From: Nitrospirales bacterium
GTDB lineage: Bacteria; Nitrospirota; Nitrospiria; Nitrospirales; UBA8639
Length of the DNA stretch: 64,000 nucleotides
Reading direction: 5' to 3'
NCBI GenBank assembly: GCA_965223295.1
Contig: CBDCWC010000003.1
Span: 1,376,001-1,440,000 of the forward strand
Positions 19,084 to 29,211 of the stretch are shown here, piece by piece. A program made the translations under genes and the position numbers. The notes under the pieces are model-generated. The model had not been told where the DNA came from. It did no database searches and saw only the letters and a program-made list of their open reading frames with translations. Numbering within the stretch: the first letter of the stretch is position 1; each line of letters opens with the position of its first letter.

Positions 19084-21426
19084 TTAGGCTGGATATTCCT
19101 TCTGTGCAGGTGAACAGATGGCTGCAAAAACAAAGCAGAGGAGCGCCCCCAAAAATGCTGTAAGCCCAATGCCATGGAGTACAGGCGTCTCAGAGCAGGC
19201 TAGCAGACCAAATATTGTGATAGTTGTGAGACTGCATACGAATATGGCGGAAATAGTTTGCTGACGCTCGGTTGTTGTGTGATGAGGGCGTTGGTAAAAC
19301 AAGGTGTAATCCAAACCAATTCCGAAGACCAATAACAAGGACGCCAGATGAAATAAGGAAAGGCGTTCCCCCAGGGCATGGAGAATGGCTAGGTCGAGCA
19401 TAATCGAGCCTGCGATAGGAAGCAAGACAGTAGCGACTTTGCTAAAAGACTGAAGCCCGAGGCATAAAATGAGGATCAGGAAGCCGATGCCCATCAGTAA
19501 GTATCTCGTGACTTCTTCACGATAGGTTGTGACCATGCCGTTTGATTCGGTTTTCAGGTCCAGGTAATGCACTGACGAGAGAGAGCCCGTTTGAAGGGCT
19601 TGTTGGAGGGCTTGGCGATCGTTGACATCACGGAGAAGAATGGTGCCAACCCATTGCTCCTGATGAGGGTAAAGCAATGACTGGATCTTTGTCCCGAGGG
19701 GTGTGGGTTGTAGAGCCTCGAAATCCAGTGGTCTTAGGTTTTTCGCTTGGGTTATGCTTTCTATGAATGGCTCAAAGAGGCCCTGTTTAAAAGGCAAATC
19801 TTTTTGGGCTTCGATGAGATGCCTTTTTAATGAATTCTCGTCCGGTAATGCCTGTTGTCGTGATATCTGAGCTTTCATACTGGGCAAGTAATCTGCGGCC
19901 ATTTCATACCCAGACAAATGTTTCTGGCTGACCAATTGATCTAATGTGGTTTTCAATGTTTCGCTCTGTTCTAAAACCTGTTGGTCATCTGGTGCGACGA
20001 CCACCATCATGTCCCGCACAGCGGGTGCCCCTAGTTCTTTTCGTAACCAGGCATCGCGGTCACGGAGGGTCTGAGGGACGGGGCTCAGATTCGCGATATC
20101 CACCTCCCAAAAAGGCCTGTCGGACCAACTCAGATACATGAAAGACAAGATCATGCTGATGGGCACGAGGAGCATCAGTTTTGAGCCACCGGGCTGAAGT
20201 GGAAGCCAGGTGGCCCAGGGTAGAGGCGGTTTCACCTTCCCAGGAGCCAGGGTCGGAAGTATCCATCGAGTTGCTGCTGCGGCCGTGAGTAGGCCACTGA
20301 TGGCAAACAATCCCAATTGTGACAGTCCAGGAAAGCCTGAGAATAACATGGCTCCATAACCAATGGCGGTCGTGGTGGCTCCCAGCCGTATCGTAGGCCA
20401 GACTTGTTGAATGGCTGTTTTGGGAGATTCATGAGATTTCAGATGTGCACAAGCATGGAGAGGGTAATCAATCGCCACCCCAATTAACGTGGCGCCAAAG
20501 GCCAAGGTCATGCCGTGGATAAATCCAAACACCAGATACACAGTGATTCCAGCTACGAGGAGCCCCGTGAGAAGAGGCACCAGGCTCAGAAACAGGATTG
20601 TAAATGATCGATAGGTGACCAATAGCAGGGCGATGACGAATCCTCCCCCAAGCATGGAGAGCCAGCGGGCATCCTGCTGAATGACAGAGCGAGCCTGCAC
20701 AGCAAAGACCGAGGGACCTGAGCGAACTAATTCAAGGGCTGCTGGTGATGAATGGCTTGAGAGGGTGGTCCGAATGTCTTTCATTGTCGTTGTCAAAAAC
20801 ACCTGAATAGCTTCTTGTCCATCCAGATCAAATCCCGACGTGGCTGTCTCTGCGAAAAGCAGGGCAAGATCTTCATCAGTAGAAAACCACACCCCATGGA
20901 CCACCTTCATTGCGTTCTTGGACTTCCAGCGACTCAATATGTTTTGAAATTCACCGGTAGGATCTTCAGGGATGCGTTTTTTAAAAAACGCAGGCAGAGG
21001 ATTGGATAGATCTTGGAGCCGATGTTCCAAGCTCTGTCGTAACCTGTCTGTGGTGAATCGTTCGGGAGAAATCGTCGGGCTGAGAAGGTACCGGTATTGA
21101 TAGAGCAGCTCTTGATCGGATCCCAGATTTTGGCCTTCTCCGTTATAGACATGAAGGAATTGATTGTCGTTCCGCATAGCCGCGGCCAGTTTCTTGCTGG
21201 CCTCAGCTAGGAGAGGCGACGGTGCTCCCTGTATTCCTAACAACAGAATTCTGGATGAAGGCCCGGACTGCAGTTGATCCACAAATAATTGTTGTGAAAG
21301 GGACCCTGTTGAGGGAAGCAGGAGAGGCAGTTCTGTTTGAATGGGAATAGACGAGAGGGCAAATGCAGACCCCAGGGTCATAACGAGTAACCACAGAACC
21401 CAGGGTGTGGCTCGGACGTCCGTCAC
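19084..21426 (-). CDS. MMPL/RND-family exporter
   Basis: Two TM bundles with GVAIDY and GIGLDY motifs. Confidence 0.85.
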   Translation of the reverse strand: MTDVRATPWVLWLLVMTLGSAFALSSIPIQTELPLLLPSTGSLSQQLFVDQLQSGPSSRILLLGIQGAPSPLLAEASKKLAAAMRNDNQFLHVYNGEGQNLGSDQELLYQYRYLLSPTISPERFTTDRLRQSLEHRLQDLSNPLPAFFKKRIPEDPTGEFQNILSRWKSKNAMKVVHGVWFSTDEDLALLFAETATSGFDLDGQEAIQVFLTTTMKDIRTTLSSHSSPAALELVRSGPSVFAVQARSVIQQDARWLSMLGGGFVIALLLVTYRSFTILFLSLVPLLTGLLVAGITVYLVFGFIHGMTLAFGATLIGVAIDYPLHACAHLKSHESPKTAIQQVWPTIRLGATTTAIGYGAMLFSGFPGLSQLGLFAISGLLTAAAATRWILPTLAPGKVKPPLPWATWLPLQPGGSKLMLLVPISMILSFMYLSWSDRPFWEVDIANLSPVPQTLRDRDAWLRKELGAPAVRDMMVVVAPDDQQVLEQSETLKTTLDQLVSQKHLSGYEMAADYLPSMKAQISRQQALPDENSLKRHLIEAQKDLPFKQGLFEPFIESITQAKNLRPLDFEALQPTPLGTKIQSLLYPHQEQWVGTILLRDVNDRQALQQALQTGSLSSVHYLDLKTESNGMVTTYREEVTRYLLMGIGFLILILCLGLQSFSKVATVLLPIAGSIMLDLAILHALGERLSLFHLASLLLVFGIGLDYTLFYQRPHHTTTERQQTISAIFVCSLTTITIFGLLACSETPVLHGIGLTAFLGALLCFVFAAICSPAQKEYPA

Positions 21427-22079
21427 GGAACCTTGGGGGCCAGTTGGAGCTCGGATCGATCACCACTCGTTTCATAAATGGCGATGTTGCCAAGGTGTGA
21501 CTGCTGCCCCTTAAGGCGGATACAGTCTACACCTTCTCTGTCCTGATGTGTGATAGGAGCAAGCTGTAGTTGCCAGATTTGGTATGTGCCTGCCATCGAA
21601 ACATGAAAAATTTTTCGAAGAGTGTGTTCGTCTCCGTTAAAAAGGGCTCGTAAGCCTTCAACTAACGTTGCCAGGGACGGGTATTCTCGCAGAGAAAAGG
21701 TTCGGGAGATTTTCCGGGAAAGGTTTTCATACAGTAGGCTATCTCCTTCGATGATGAAGGATTCTTCACTTGGCATGTACACATGCTTTTCTAGGTGGTT
21801 AGGTGGGTGAAAGGCCAACGTGCCTTCCTTGTGTGATGGAGTTGTCAGCATGTGAGAGTGATAGGTCTCATGAAAGGATCGCGCACTGATTGTCGATTGC
21901 TTCAGATTTTCAATAACTTGAGATAATTCAGGATGTTTGTCTGAAAAGGAAATAGATGGTTGGGTGTCTGAACTGGATTCACATCCATAGGCAGACGGAG
22001 AGGCTGCGACCTGTAGGCACAGTCCCCAACAGATGATGCAACAGAAAATTGGCTTACTGATCTGTTTCCCAAAAATCAT
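21423..22079 (-). CDS. LolA-like periplasmic lipid carrier protein
   Basis: F.ETYHSHML...EGTLAFHPPNHLEKHV...WQLQLAP pattern; start set at MIFGK to avoid a 280 bp overlap. Confidence 0.7.
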   Translation of the reverse strand: MIFGKQISKPIFCCIICWGLCLQVAASPSAYGCESSSDTQPSISFSDKHPELSQVIENLKQSTISARSFHETYHSHMLTTPSHKEGTLAFHPPNHLEKHVYMPSEESFIIEGDSLLYENLSRKISRTFSLREYPSLATLVEGLRALFNGDEHTLRKIFHVSMAGTYQIWQLQLAPITHQDREGVDCIRLKGQQSHLGNIAIYETSGDRSELQLAPKVP

Positions 22080-22950
22080 AAAAATTAAACCAATTGTTTG
22101 GAGCCATCTGGCAGTAATGTTCCAAGCGATGCGCATATCGTTGAGTCCATTTCTGAATCCCTTGGGCTCGATTTTCTCGTGCAATAGATACGAGTTCGGT
22201 AAATAGTTCAAAGTGAATATCATACCGCCCGCCACCACGATACAAACAAAAAAATAACACGACTGGTACCTTGAGGATACTGGCCAGTAACATCGGTCCA
22301 GAAGGAAATTGCGCGCGGTGCCCGAAAAATTCACAATGTACTACCTTTTCATGTTTGAGGGGGCGATCACCTAGCATACCCACGAGGCCACCTGCATCAA
22401 GGCATTCTTTGGCGCGTAACATGGTCTCTGGTTCGCCGACAGGGATAATGCAATCGGGGAGGGAAGGATCAAGTTTCATCAATACCTCATTCAGAATTGG
22501 GGCGTTCTCTTGATGCATCAGTAGCTTAATTGGGACGTTCCTGTGGGCTAACCCTGTGGCTCGGAGTATCTCGAAACTTCCTAAGTGTGAACCAAGAAGG
22601 AGACAGCCCTGTTTGCGGTCAACGCGACTCAAAAGTACGTCTTGATCGCGAATTGTGAGGTCAAATTCGTCGTGGCGTCCAGCTAAAATGAAAGTCCGGT
22701 CTAACAATGTTGAGGCAAAAGCATGATATTGATGAAAAAGATCAGTGAGCGTCACAGGACGCTGCAAGACGCGCCTTAAAAAGGTCTTTATCCCTCTGCT
22801 TGCCGTCCAGGAAAACAACACATAATAGACACATATGGGGTACAGTAAGACGCGGGCAGTTTTTCTTCCCAGCCGGAGTGCCACCCACAGCATGAACTGG
22901 TAGGCCCAGGGTTGTCCCCGTTCCCGCTGTGCCAGCCAACGTTTACTCAT
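22054..22950 (-). CDS. LpxL-like (lipid A-type) acyltransferase of aryl-polyene clusters
   Basis: WLAQRERG, SHLGSFE, GDR, NWFNFYDFW. Confidence 0.85.
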   Translation of the reverse strand: MSKRWLAQRERGQPWAYQFMLWVALRLGRKTARVLLYPICVYYVLFSWTASRGIKTFLRRVLQRPVTLTDLFHQYHAFASTLLDRTFILAGRHDEFDLTIRDQDVLLSRVDRKQGCLLLGSHLGSFEILRATGLAHRNVPIKLLMHQENAPILNEVLMKLDPSLPDCIIPVGEPETMLRAKECLDAGGLVGMLGDRPLKHEKVVHCEFFGHRAQFPSGPMLLASILKVPVVLFFCLYRGGGRYDIHFELFTELVSIARENRAQGIQKWTQRYAHRLEHYCQMAPNNWFNFYDFWETDQ

Positions 22951-23264
22951 GAGGGAAAGTGTCGTTCACTGGCTTGAAAACGGAATTGGCCGGAGGCAAT
23001 TCGCTTTGAGCCAACTTGGCATGTGAAGGTCACCTCATAGTCGGGAAGGATATCGAATGTGAGTTGAACAACTTCGCTTGGGCGGAGAGGGGAATGAAAC
23101 TTAATAGAAGGCACTGCGGAAAGCAGCCAGGGCGTTTCTAGAGACTGGTTTACTCGTCCAAGAATTTCTCCAAGCATGACGACTCCTGGTACAATAGGAT
23201 TCCCTGGGAAATGCCCGGATAACGAAGGGTGCGAAGGAGGTATGGTGAAGGTAGTCATGGGCAT
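22947..23264 (-). CDS. FabZ-like dehydratase
   Basis: HPSLSGHFPGNPIVPGV, KFHSPLRP. Confidence 0.85.
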   Translation of the reverse strand: MPMTTFTIPPSHPSLSGHFPGNPIVPGVVMLGEILGRVNQSLETPWLLSAVPSIKFHSPLRPSEVVQLTFDILPDYEVTFTCQVGSKRIASGQFRFQASERHFPS

Positions 23265-23280
23265 AACAGGAACCCGTTAT

Positions 23281-24630
23281 TTAGCCGGCGGGTGCTACGA
23301 TTGGGCTTTTGTGGGTCAACATTAACTTATCGATATCATCTTTGAGTAATTTCCCCGTACGGTTACGAGGAAGTGTTTTTACGAGATACATCGGACGTGG
23401 TAAAAATACAGGCGCTATTTTTGTGCGAAGGGCTGTGAGGATAGATTCAGTACTTTTCCCTGGCGCCACCACAAAGGCCATTAAACGTGTCACGGATTCT
23501 TTTTCATCTTCCGGCATATAAAACGTCCCATCGAGGACGCCATCAATAGATAGGAGTTTCACATTCAAATCATCCAGTGATGCGCGATGTCCTCCAATGT
23601 TAATGAGATGGCTAGGGCGTCCTTCCAACGTGAATTGCTGTGGGTTTGTTGCCTGAATGGTATCAGGAATGGGCACAGAGCTTGAAAAATACGGCGTACT
23701 GACGGCATAGCCATCACTATCCCCCACCAGAGCGAGATCAGATAGCAACGTCCAATGATTTTCTTGAACTGGCTGGCGGGTGGCAATGGTGCCCGCCTCC
23801 GCAAACCCATAGATTTCTACCATCGTGGTCTGAAGCAATGTTTCTACGTCCTGTGCTAGAGACTTGGGGAGAGGAGCTGTCGCGGAAAGTACATAGTTCA
23901 CTTCTGGAAATTTGGTTTCTGCCTTCACGCAGGCACGGAGATGAATGGGAGTCGAAACTAAAATTTTTTTAGAGGCATGTTGGTGCAAGACCGTCGCAAT
24001 GTCCTCAGGGAAAAAAGGCCTTCCCGAGTGATATGACCATCCCTGTTGCAGGGGTAACATGATGGATGTTTCTAAACCATACATATGTTGATGAGGGACG
24101 GTGGCTATAATAGTCACTGGACCCTGATCTGAGACAAGCACCCGTTGGGCAGTTTTTTTGGCAATCTGGACCATGGAGCCCCATGATTTGAGATTTGGGC
24201 GAGGAAGGCCGGTTGTTCCAGACGTAAAGGCAATCGCGGCAATATGCGTATCAAGAATGTTGGGATTCTTTAGGGGCGGCTGATCGGGGATGGAATCAAT
24301 TTTGACGGAAAGACCTTCTATGCCTTCAATCTGAATTGGTTCATCTGTTACATAGTAGCAATCTGGATACTCGCGTAGAAGTTGTTGAAAAACCTCTGGT
24401 GATTGATTGGGTGGGAGCAAGGTCGTTTGGTTGTGAGAGAGGGCTGCCGCGAAACTTATTAAAAAGGCATAGCGATCTTGGCACAGATTCATGACGTATT
24501 GGTTGCGAGGCAGTTGATCGTGAATAGATCTGACGTGCGATAAGAAAGTGTGAGCAAACATGGCTCTTCCATGGTACCAAGCAACGGGATCATCCTGTTG
24601 ATATGGACCAAGAAATGGTGAAGTGGTCAT
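23281..24630 (-). CDS. AMP-dependent aryl-acid:ACP ligase (XanA2-like)
   Basis: FTSGTTGLP, HMYGLE, EIYG, LPRNRTGK. Confidence 0.85.
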   Translation of the reverse strand: MTTSPFLGPYQQDDPVAWYHGRAMFAHTFLSHVRSIHDQLPRNQYVMNLCQDRYAFLISFAAALSHNQTTLLPPNQSPEVFQQLLREYPDCYYVTDEPIQIEGIEGLSVKIDSIPDQPPLKNPNILDTHIAAIAFTSGTTGLPRPNLKSWGSMVQIAKKTAQRVLVSDQGPVTIIATVPHQHMYGLETSIMLPLQQGWSYHSGRPFFPEDIATVLHQHASKKILVSTPIHLRACVKAETKFPEVNYVLSATAPLPKSLAQDVETLLQTTMVEIYGFAEAGTIATRQPVQENHWTLLSDLALVGDSDGYAVSTPYFSSSVPIPDTIQATNPQQFTLEGRPSHLINIGGHRASLDDLNVKLLSIDGVLDGTFYMPEDEKESVTRLMAFVVAPGKSTESILTALRTKIAPVFLPRPMYLVKTLPRNRTGKLLKDDIDKLMLTHKSPIVAPAG

Positions 24631-24777
24631 GTGGTGGTTTGAAGGGATGAATCGTGATTGGTGAGGAAGAAGTTGACTGGGCAGGAGGCATCCCTCAAAT
24701 AATAACTGGTCTTCGAAAGAGCAAAGGGTCTTAGGAAAATTTTTATGGGTTGTAGATAGTCCAAGGGTATTCTGCTA

Positions 24778-25047
24778 TTAGGTAGTAACCCTGTTCTTCT
24801 GGATCGTTTCACACAGCGACCGAAGGGATGAAAAGATGGTCGCATTGTCCGGATCATCCGAGCGTAATTTGTATCCGTAATTCTGATGAACGACCAGGGC
24901 AATTTCTAAAGCATCGATGGAATCCAATCCTAAGCCTTCTCCAAATAAGGGATCTAACGGAGGAATGTCTGCTGGTTGTACTTTCAAGTTCAGTGTGGTC
25001 ACAAGGAGTTGAGCGATTTCGGTTTCAAAAGGGGTCTGGTCAGGCAA
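24778..25047 (-). CDS. Acyl carrier protein (XanC-like)
   Basis: LFGEGLGLDSIDALE phosphopantetheine site; AAGGAGG RBS before a TTG start. Confidence 0.92.
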   Translation of the reverse strand: MPDQTPFETEIAQLLVTTLNLKVQPADIPPLDPLFGEGLGLDSIDALEIALVVHQNYGYKLRSDDPDNATIFSSLRSLCETIQKNRVTT

Positions 25048-25262
25048 CGAACGTTCCTCCTTGCATGAGTGATGGTTTGAGACAGATTAATGTCTATCTT
25101 CCGATTGTCCTGTTTGTATTGAGAGATGTCAATATCATGTCCTTTTGCAGGAAAAGTTGGTCTTATTCTGCCTTTTGACACCCCTGACTTTTTAAGAAAC
25201 GAAGAATCAGCATCGTCCCATGATGTTGGAAAACCTGGTGAGGGGGAGCTGTGGAAGATTGC

Positions 25263-25291
25263 TTGACACATGTAAAATGACTCCGTAGGGT
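25263..25291 (+). promoter_or_regulatory. Candidate sigma70 promoter for the radical SAM gene
   Basis: TTGACA-17 bp-TAGGGT. Confidence 0.4.
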
Positions 25292-25416
25292 TAGACTTGG
25301 TCGGTGTGGCATTGTTTAGGTGTTATGACCGCCCAGCCCTCTAAGCATCTTTCTTCTTCCGACAATCATCTCCTCATACCAATGGCGAATGCCGACCTAA
25401 CTCCGAGGATGATTCT

Positions 25417-27144
25417 TTGAAAACGAAACAATCATTTCATTTGGTCCTCATTAAACCCTCGCATTATGATGATGATGGATACGTCATCCAATGGGGACGA
25501 TCGGCGATTCCCTCCAATAGCCTTGCTGCCTTGAATGCGCTTGCTAAGGATTGTGTTGAGCGGCAGGTGTTGGGTGAAGAGGTCGATATTCATATCGAGG
25601 TCTATGATGAAACCAATACCGTCATCCCAACGAAGCGTATTATTCAGCGAATACGTCGGGGCAAGAGTGGCATGGTCGGATTCGTTGGAGTACAAACGAA
25701 CCAGTTCCCTCGTTCGCTGGATTTAGGACGGGAGTTTCTTCAAGCCGGGATTCCAGTGGTCATCGGAGGGTTTCATGTCAGTGGATGTTACGCCATGTTG
25801 AAGGAGTTGCCTGTAGATATTCAACAGGCTTTGGCCGAAGGGTTTACGCTGATTGCCGGCGAAGCTGAAGGGCATTTGGATATGATTCTCAAAGATGCGT
25901 ACGAACAGCGCTTAATGCGTTCTTATAATTTTTTAGACCAAACGCCAGAGTTGGCGGGGACGCCTTCGCCTTTTCTTCCTGCCGGTTTGGTGAAAAAAAC
26001 GTTTCGACGGCTTTCCAGTTTCGATGCCGGGCGTGGATGCCCATTTCAATGTAGTTTTTGCACGATTATCAATGTCCAAGGTCGGTCATCTCGATGGAGG
26101 TCGCCTGATGATATTGAGGCCCTCATTAGGGCAAACCTTCAGCAGGGGGTCTGGAGATTTTTTATCACAGATGACGATTTTGCGAGAAATCAAGGCTGGG
26201 AAGCCATTTTGGACAGAATGATTCATCTTCGTGAGCAAGAAGGCTTCCGGCTTTCACTCACCATCCAGGTTGATACCTTGTGCCATAAAGTTCCACGGTT
26301 TATTGAAAAGGCCGTGCGAGCTGGGTGCCATAATGTCTTTCTGGGTTTAGAAAATCTGAATCCGACATCGTTGGCTGGAGCGAAAAAAAGACAAAATAAA
26401 ATCGGGGAATATCGCAAAATGCTGCAAATGTGGAAACACCACGGATGTACAACCGTGGCCGGCTATATTCTTGGATTTCCTGTGGATACTCCAGACAGCA
26501 TTGCCCGTGATATTGAGATCATTCAAAAAGAGCTTCCTGTGGATCTTGTGGAATTTTTTATTCTCACGCCCTTGCCAGGGTCTGAAGATCATCAACGTCT
26601 TTACGAGCAGGGCGTCGAGATGGAGCCTGATATGAATGCCTACGATTTAGAGCATGTCACTATGGCACATCCCCGGATGACCAAAGAAGAACTAGCGCAG
26701 GCCTACCGAATGGCTTGGCGGAAATATTATACATGGGAACATATAGAAATTCTGATGCGCCGGGCTGCTGCAACAGGACAACCAGTCATTAAACTGATGT
26801 TCTTAATTCTGTGTTTTTACGGTTGTATCATGCTTGAGGGTGTTCATCCCTTGGAGGGGGGCGTTGTCCGGTGGCGTGGCAGGAAATCCCGGCGTCCCGG
26901 TCTGGCAGTAGAAGGACGCTGGATTTTCTACCCCACCGAAATTGCTCGTGCATTTACGACCGGATGGCAATGGTGCCGGTTGGGATGGAAATTGAATCAG
27001 CTCCGACGAAAAGTGGAAGGAGATCCGTTAAAGTCTCAATATACCGATGTGGCGCTGATGTCGACTGAAGATGAGTTTGAAGATCAACTTGATTTACATC
27101 AAACTTACAATCCTCTTCTTGGCATAAAAAGCCTTGCCAAATAA
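25417..27144 (+). CDS. B12-binding-type (BchE-like) radical SAM protein
   Basis: N-terminal cobalamin-binding-like domain (VVIGGFHVSG, GEAE), GRGCPFQCSFC, FITDDDF, LTPLPGS. Confidence 0.8.
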   Translation: MKTKQSFHLVLIKPSHYDDDGYVIQWGRSAIPSNSLAALNALAKDCVERQVLGEEVDIHIEVYDETNTVIPTKRIIQRIRRGKSGMVGFVGVQTNQFPRSLDLGREFLQAGIPVVIGGFHVSGCYAMLKELPVDIQQALAEGFTLIAGEAEGHLDMILKDAYEQRLMRSYNFLDQTPELAGTPSPFLPAGLVKKTFRRLSSFDAGRGCPFQCSFCTIINVQGRSSRWRSPDDIEALIRANLQQGVWRFFITDDDFARNQGWEAILDRMIHLREQEGFRLSLTIQVDTLCHKVPRFIEKAVRAGCHNVFLGLENLNPTSLAGAKKRQNKIGEYRKMLQMWKHHGCTTVAGYILGFPVDTPDSIARDIEIIQKELPVDLVEFFILTPLPGSEDHQRLYEQGVEMEPDMNAYDLEHVTMAHPRMTKEELAQAYRMAWRKYYTWEHIEILMRRAAATGQPVIKLMFLILCFYGCIMLEGVHPLEGGVVRWRGRKSRRPGLAVEGRWIFYPTEIARAFTTGWQWCRLGWKLNQLRRKVEGDPLKSQYTDVALMSTEDEFEDQLDLHQTYNPLLGIKSLAK

Positions 27145-27247
27145 AACCACCTCAGATTCGTTGGCTCACATTGAGAAGCTGGGAAGACGAGAAAAATTTG
27201 GTACAGTATCAGAGAACAACTGGAAGAACCCGAACGTTGGAGGAAGA

Positions 27248-27862
27248 ATGACACCATTGGCTTTGAGACGTGTATGCTGCGCGATCGTTGGGTTTGTCCT
27301 TATTGGCGGGTTTGGCAATAATGTTGAGGCGAAAGCTGGAGAGGATGATTCGGTCCTTATTTCTGGCGGGGGGGGAATTTTTTACCCATTTAAGGGTAAA
27401 TCAGGCTTCAATGCGGTGGTTCAAGCTGCAGGAAAAATTACACCTCAGGAACGAATGGGAGTGGAATTGGAGTATCGTCAATATGAAACGGAGCTGTTTA
27501 ATGCGAAGGATATTGATACACAGTCCTATATTTTTCGCATATTTGGCCACTATCTTTTCCCATTACGGGGGATCACTCCCTATCTGGGGATTGGGTTGAA
27601 TATGGCGGTCAATGTCTTCGACAAGAAAGAAATTGAAAGAAAGCGACCTTCGGTCAATGTAAAACGAGGTTGGGGTTTTGGGTACGGCATTATGGGATTA
27701 GCGGGTGTAGAGGTTCCGGTGGGGAGAGTGATTTTTTTTGGAGAAGGTCGGGTGAGTGGTGATTTTCAACTCTCTAACTATAAAAAGTCCGGGAAGAATA
27801 AAATTAGGATTGAAAATTTTAGTGGTCTTACTGGGATGGGTGGGATTCGCGTTCGCTTTTAG
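27248..27862 (+). CDS. Small outer-membrane beta-barrel protein
   Basis: Signal peptide, TPYLGIG, alternating beta pattern, C-terminal GIRVRF. Confidence 0.7.
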   Translation: MTPLALRRVCCAIVGFVLIGGFGNNVEAKAGEDDSVLISGGGGIFYPFKGKSGFNAVVQAAGKITPQERMGVELEYRQYETELFNAKDIDTQSYIFRIFGHYLFPLRGITPYLGIGLNMAVNVFDKKEIERKRPSVNVKRGWGFGYGIMGLAGVEVPVGRVIFFGEGRVSGDFQLSNYKKSGKNKIRIENFSGLTGMGGIRVRF

Positions 27863-27894
27863 CACGTAAAAAGAATGGTCGTCTGGAGGGCATT

Positions 27895-28194
27895 TTAGGT
27901 TTTTTGACTCTCCTGTAGGTAAAAACGGGCCCGTTGTATTTTATCGATACAATTTGGATATTTATCAAATTGTTGCTGAATTTTTGCCGTACTCAATAAT
28001 GTCGCCGCCTTTGTCCAGCTGACCGTCCCTCCGAGTCCCTGTATTGTAGCTTCATCAAGTTCCTGAAAAGCTGAATTAAGTCCCTCCCGGCATTCGGTCA
28101 CCAGTTGGAGGTTTGCGGGTGCACCAGCGCAATGGGTCAAAGCCAAGAGAAAGAAGCTGGTGCATACCAGCCAATGGTGAGAGATGATGCCCAT
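27895..28194 (-). CDS. Small lipoprotein, hypothetical
   Basis: Lipobox-like LTHC; helical mature part with two further Cys. Confidence 0.55.
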   Translation of the reverse strand: MGIISHHWLVCTSFFLLALTHCAGAPANLQLVTECREGLNSAFQELDEATIQGLGGTVSWTKAATLLSTAKIQQQFDKYPNCIDKIQRARFYLQESQKT

Positions 28195-28303
28195 CCCTAT
28201 TTTTTCGGTTTCTTTTTATCAGACTTTAATTAAGGAACAGAAGTGTCATAAACATTTAGCGGTGCGTCATAGCTGACAAGACGGGGAAAGAGTGAATATG
28301 TGT

Positions 28304-29068
28304 TTAGAGTTTGCGGCCGTAATAGTCTCTGATTAATCCACCAAATAAGGAAAACTGCTGGCTTTGAGCAAAGCCTGATTGTTCTAGAGCTTGAAGGATG
28401 GCTTGGGGCGGTACACAGGATTCGATCGTATCCCAATAATAACGCATGAGTGACCGAGCCTGTGGATTTTGTGTTCTCACATAGGATACCCAGGGAATCA
28501 CACTTTTTAAGAAGAAGCGGCTGATCTGGTAGTGCAGAGCAGATTCGGGCCGAGAAATTTCCAGAAGGAGAAGTCTCCCTCCAGGTTTCAGGACACGAAG
28601 ATATTCTTTGAATGTCAGGGTGAGGTCTGAAACGTGACGAAGGGCGTAACCCATGCTAATAAAATCAAATCTAGAGTTAGAAAACGGGAGGTCTTCAGCC
28701 TTGCTTTGCAAAACGGATGTGATGCCTTGCTTCTTAGCTTCGGTAATCATTCCGTGACTTGGGTCTAACGCCACGACCTTGCCTGTTTCCCCTACGATCT
28801 GTTGAGCGCACATTGAAACGGTTCCTGGTCCACATGCGACATCCAGAATGGTATGGCCCTCTGAGAGGCCGGATCTTTTGAGCGCTTGCTGTCTATATTG
28901 TTTTCCTGTTCCAAAGGATAAGGCTTGACTGATCCAGTCATAATCTTGGGCGACCTGATCAAATTGTGCTGCGAGAAGTTTTCCGCGTTGCTCTTCAGTC
29001 TGGTAGTAGTCTGAAAGAGGGGGGTGTGGAGCCAGTGAAGAGGTGGAAGGTTTAGAAGCAGAAGCCAT
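28304..29068 (-). CDS. UbiE/MenG-like class I SAM methyltransferase
   Basis: LDVACGPG, AEDLPF, GYALRHV, RVLKPGG. Confidence 0.85.
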   Translation of the reverse strand: MASASKPSTSSLAPHPPLSDYYQTEEQRGKLLAAQFDQVAQDYDWISQALSFGTGKQYRQQALKRSGLSEGHTILDVACGPGTVSMCAQQIVGETGKVVALDPSHGMITEAKKQGITSVLQSKAEDLPFSNSRFDFISMGYALRHVSDLTLTFKEYLRVLKPGGRLLLLEISRPESALHYQISRFFLKSVIPWVSYVRTQNPQARSLMRYYWDTIESCVPPQAILQALEQSGFAQSQQFSLFGGLIRDYYGRKL

Positions 29069-29211
29069 AGGTGGTAAGCCGTGTCTATTGATAGATGATT
29101 ATCACAAGCTTATCATGAGCCTATCCCGATGAGATAGTCTGCACGTATCATCACCATGGCAATCAACTTCCACTGATTAGACGGAAGCATCTGAGGGGGC
29201 TTAACGGTTGA

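Larger units (their letters stand above)
10517..29068. other. Xanthomonadin/aryl-polyene-type type II PKS biosynthetic gene cluster
   Basis: Co-located chorismatase, AMP ligase, ACP, KS, CLF, KR, two dehydratases, GT2, LpxL-like acyltransferase, LolA-like, MMPL, two halogenase-like genes and a methyltransferase. Membership of genes right of 25.4 kb is less certain. Confidence 0.85.

Noticed and set aside
22080-22334. Long N-terminal extension of the LolA-like ORF
   Set aside because: It overlaps the conserved C-terminus of the acyltransferase in another frame; the signal-like segment starts near 22079
25270-25416. Cobalamin riboswitch ahead of the B12 radical SAM gene
   Set aside because: Some pairing potential exists, but I could not find the conserved B12-box motifs
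14377-27144. Ladderane or primary fatty-acid synthesis cluster
   Set aside because: Chorismatase, aryl-AMP ligase, CLF and LpxL/LolA/MMPL genes fit aryl-polyene logic better
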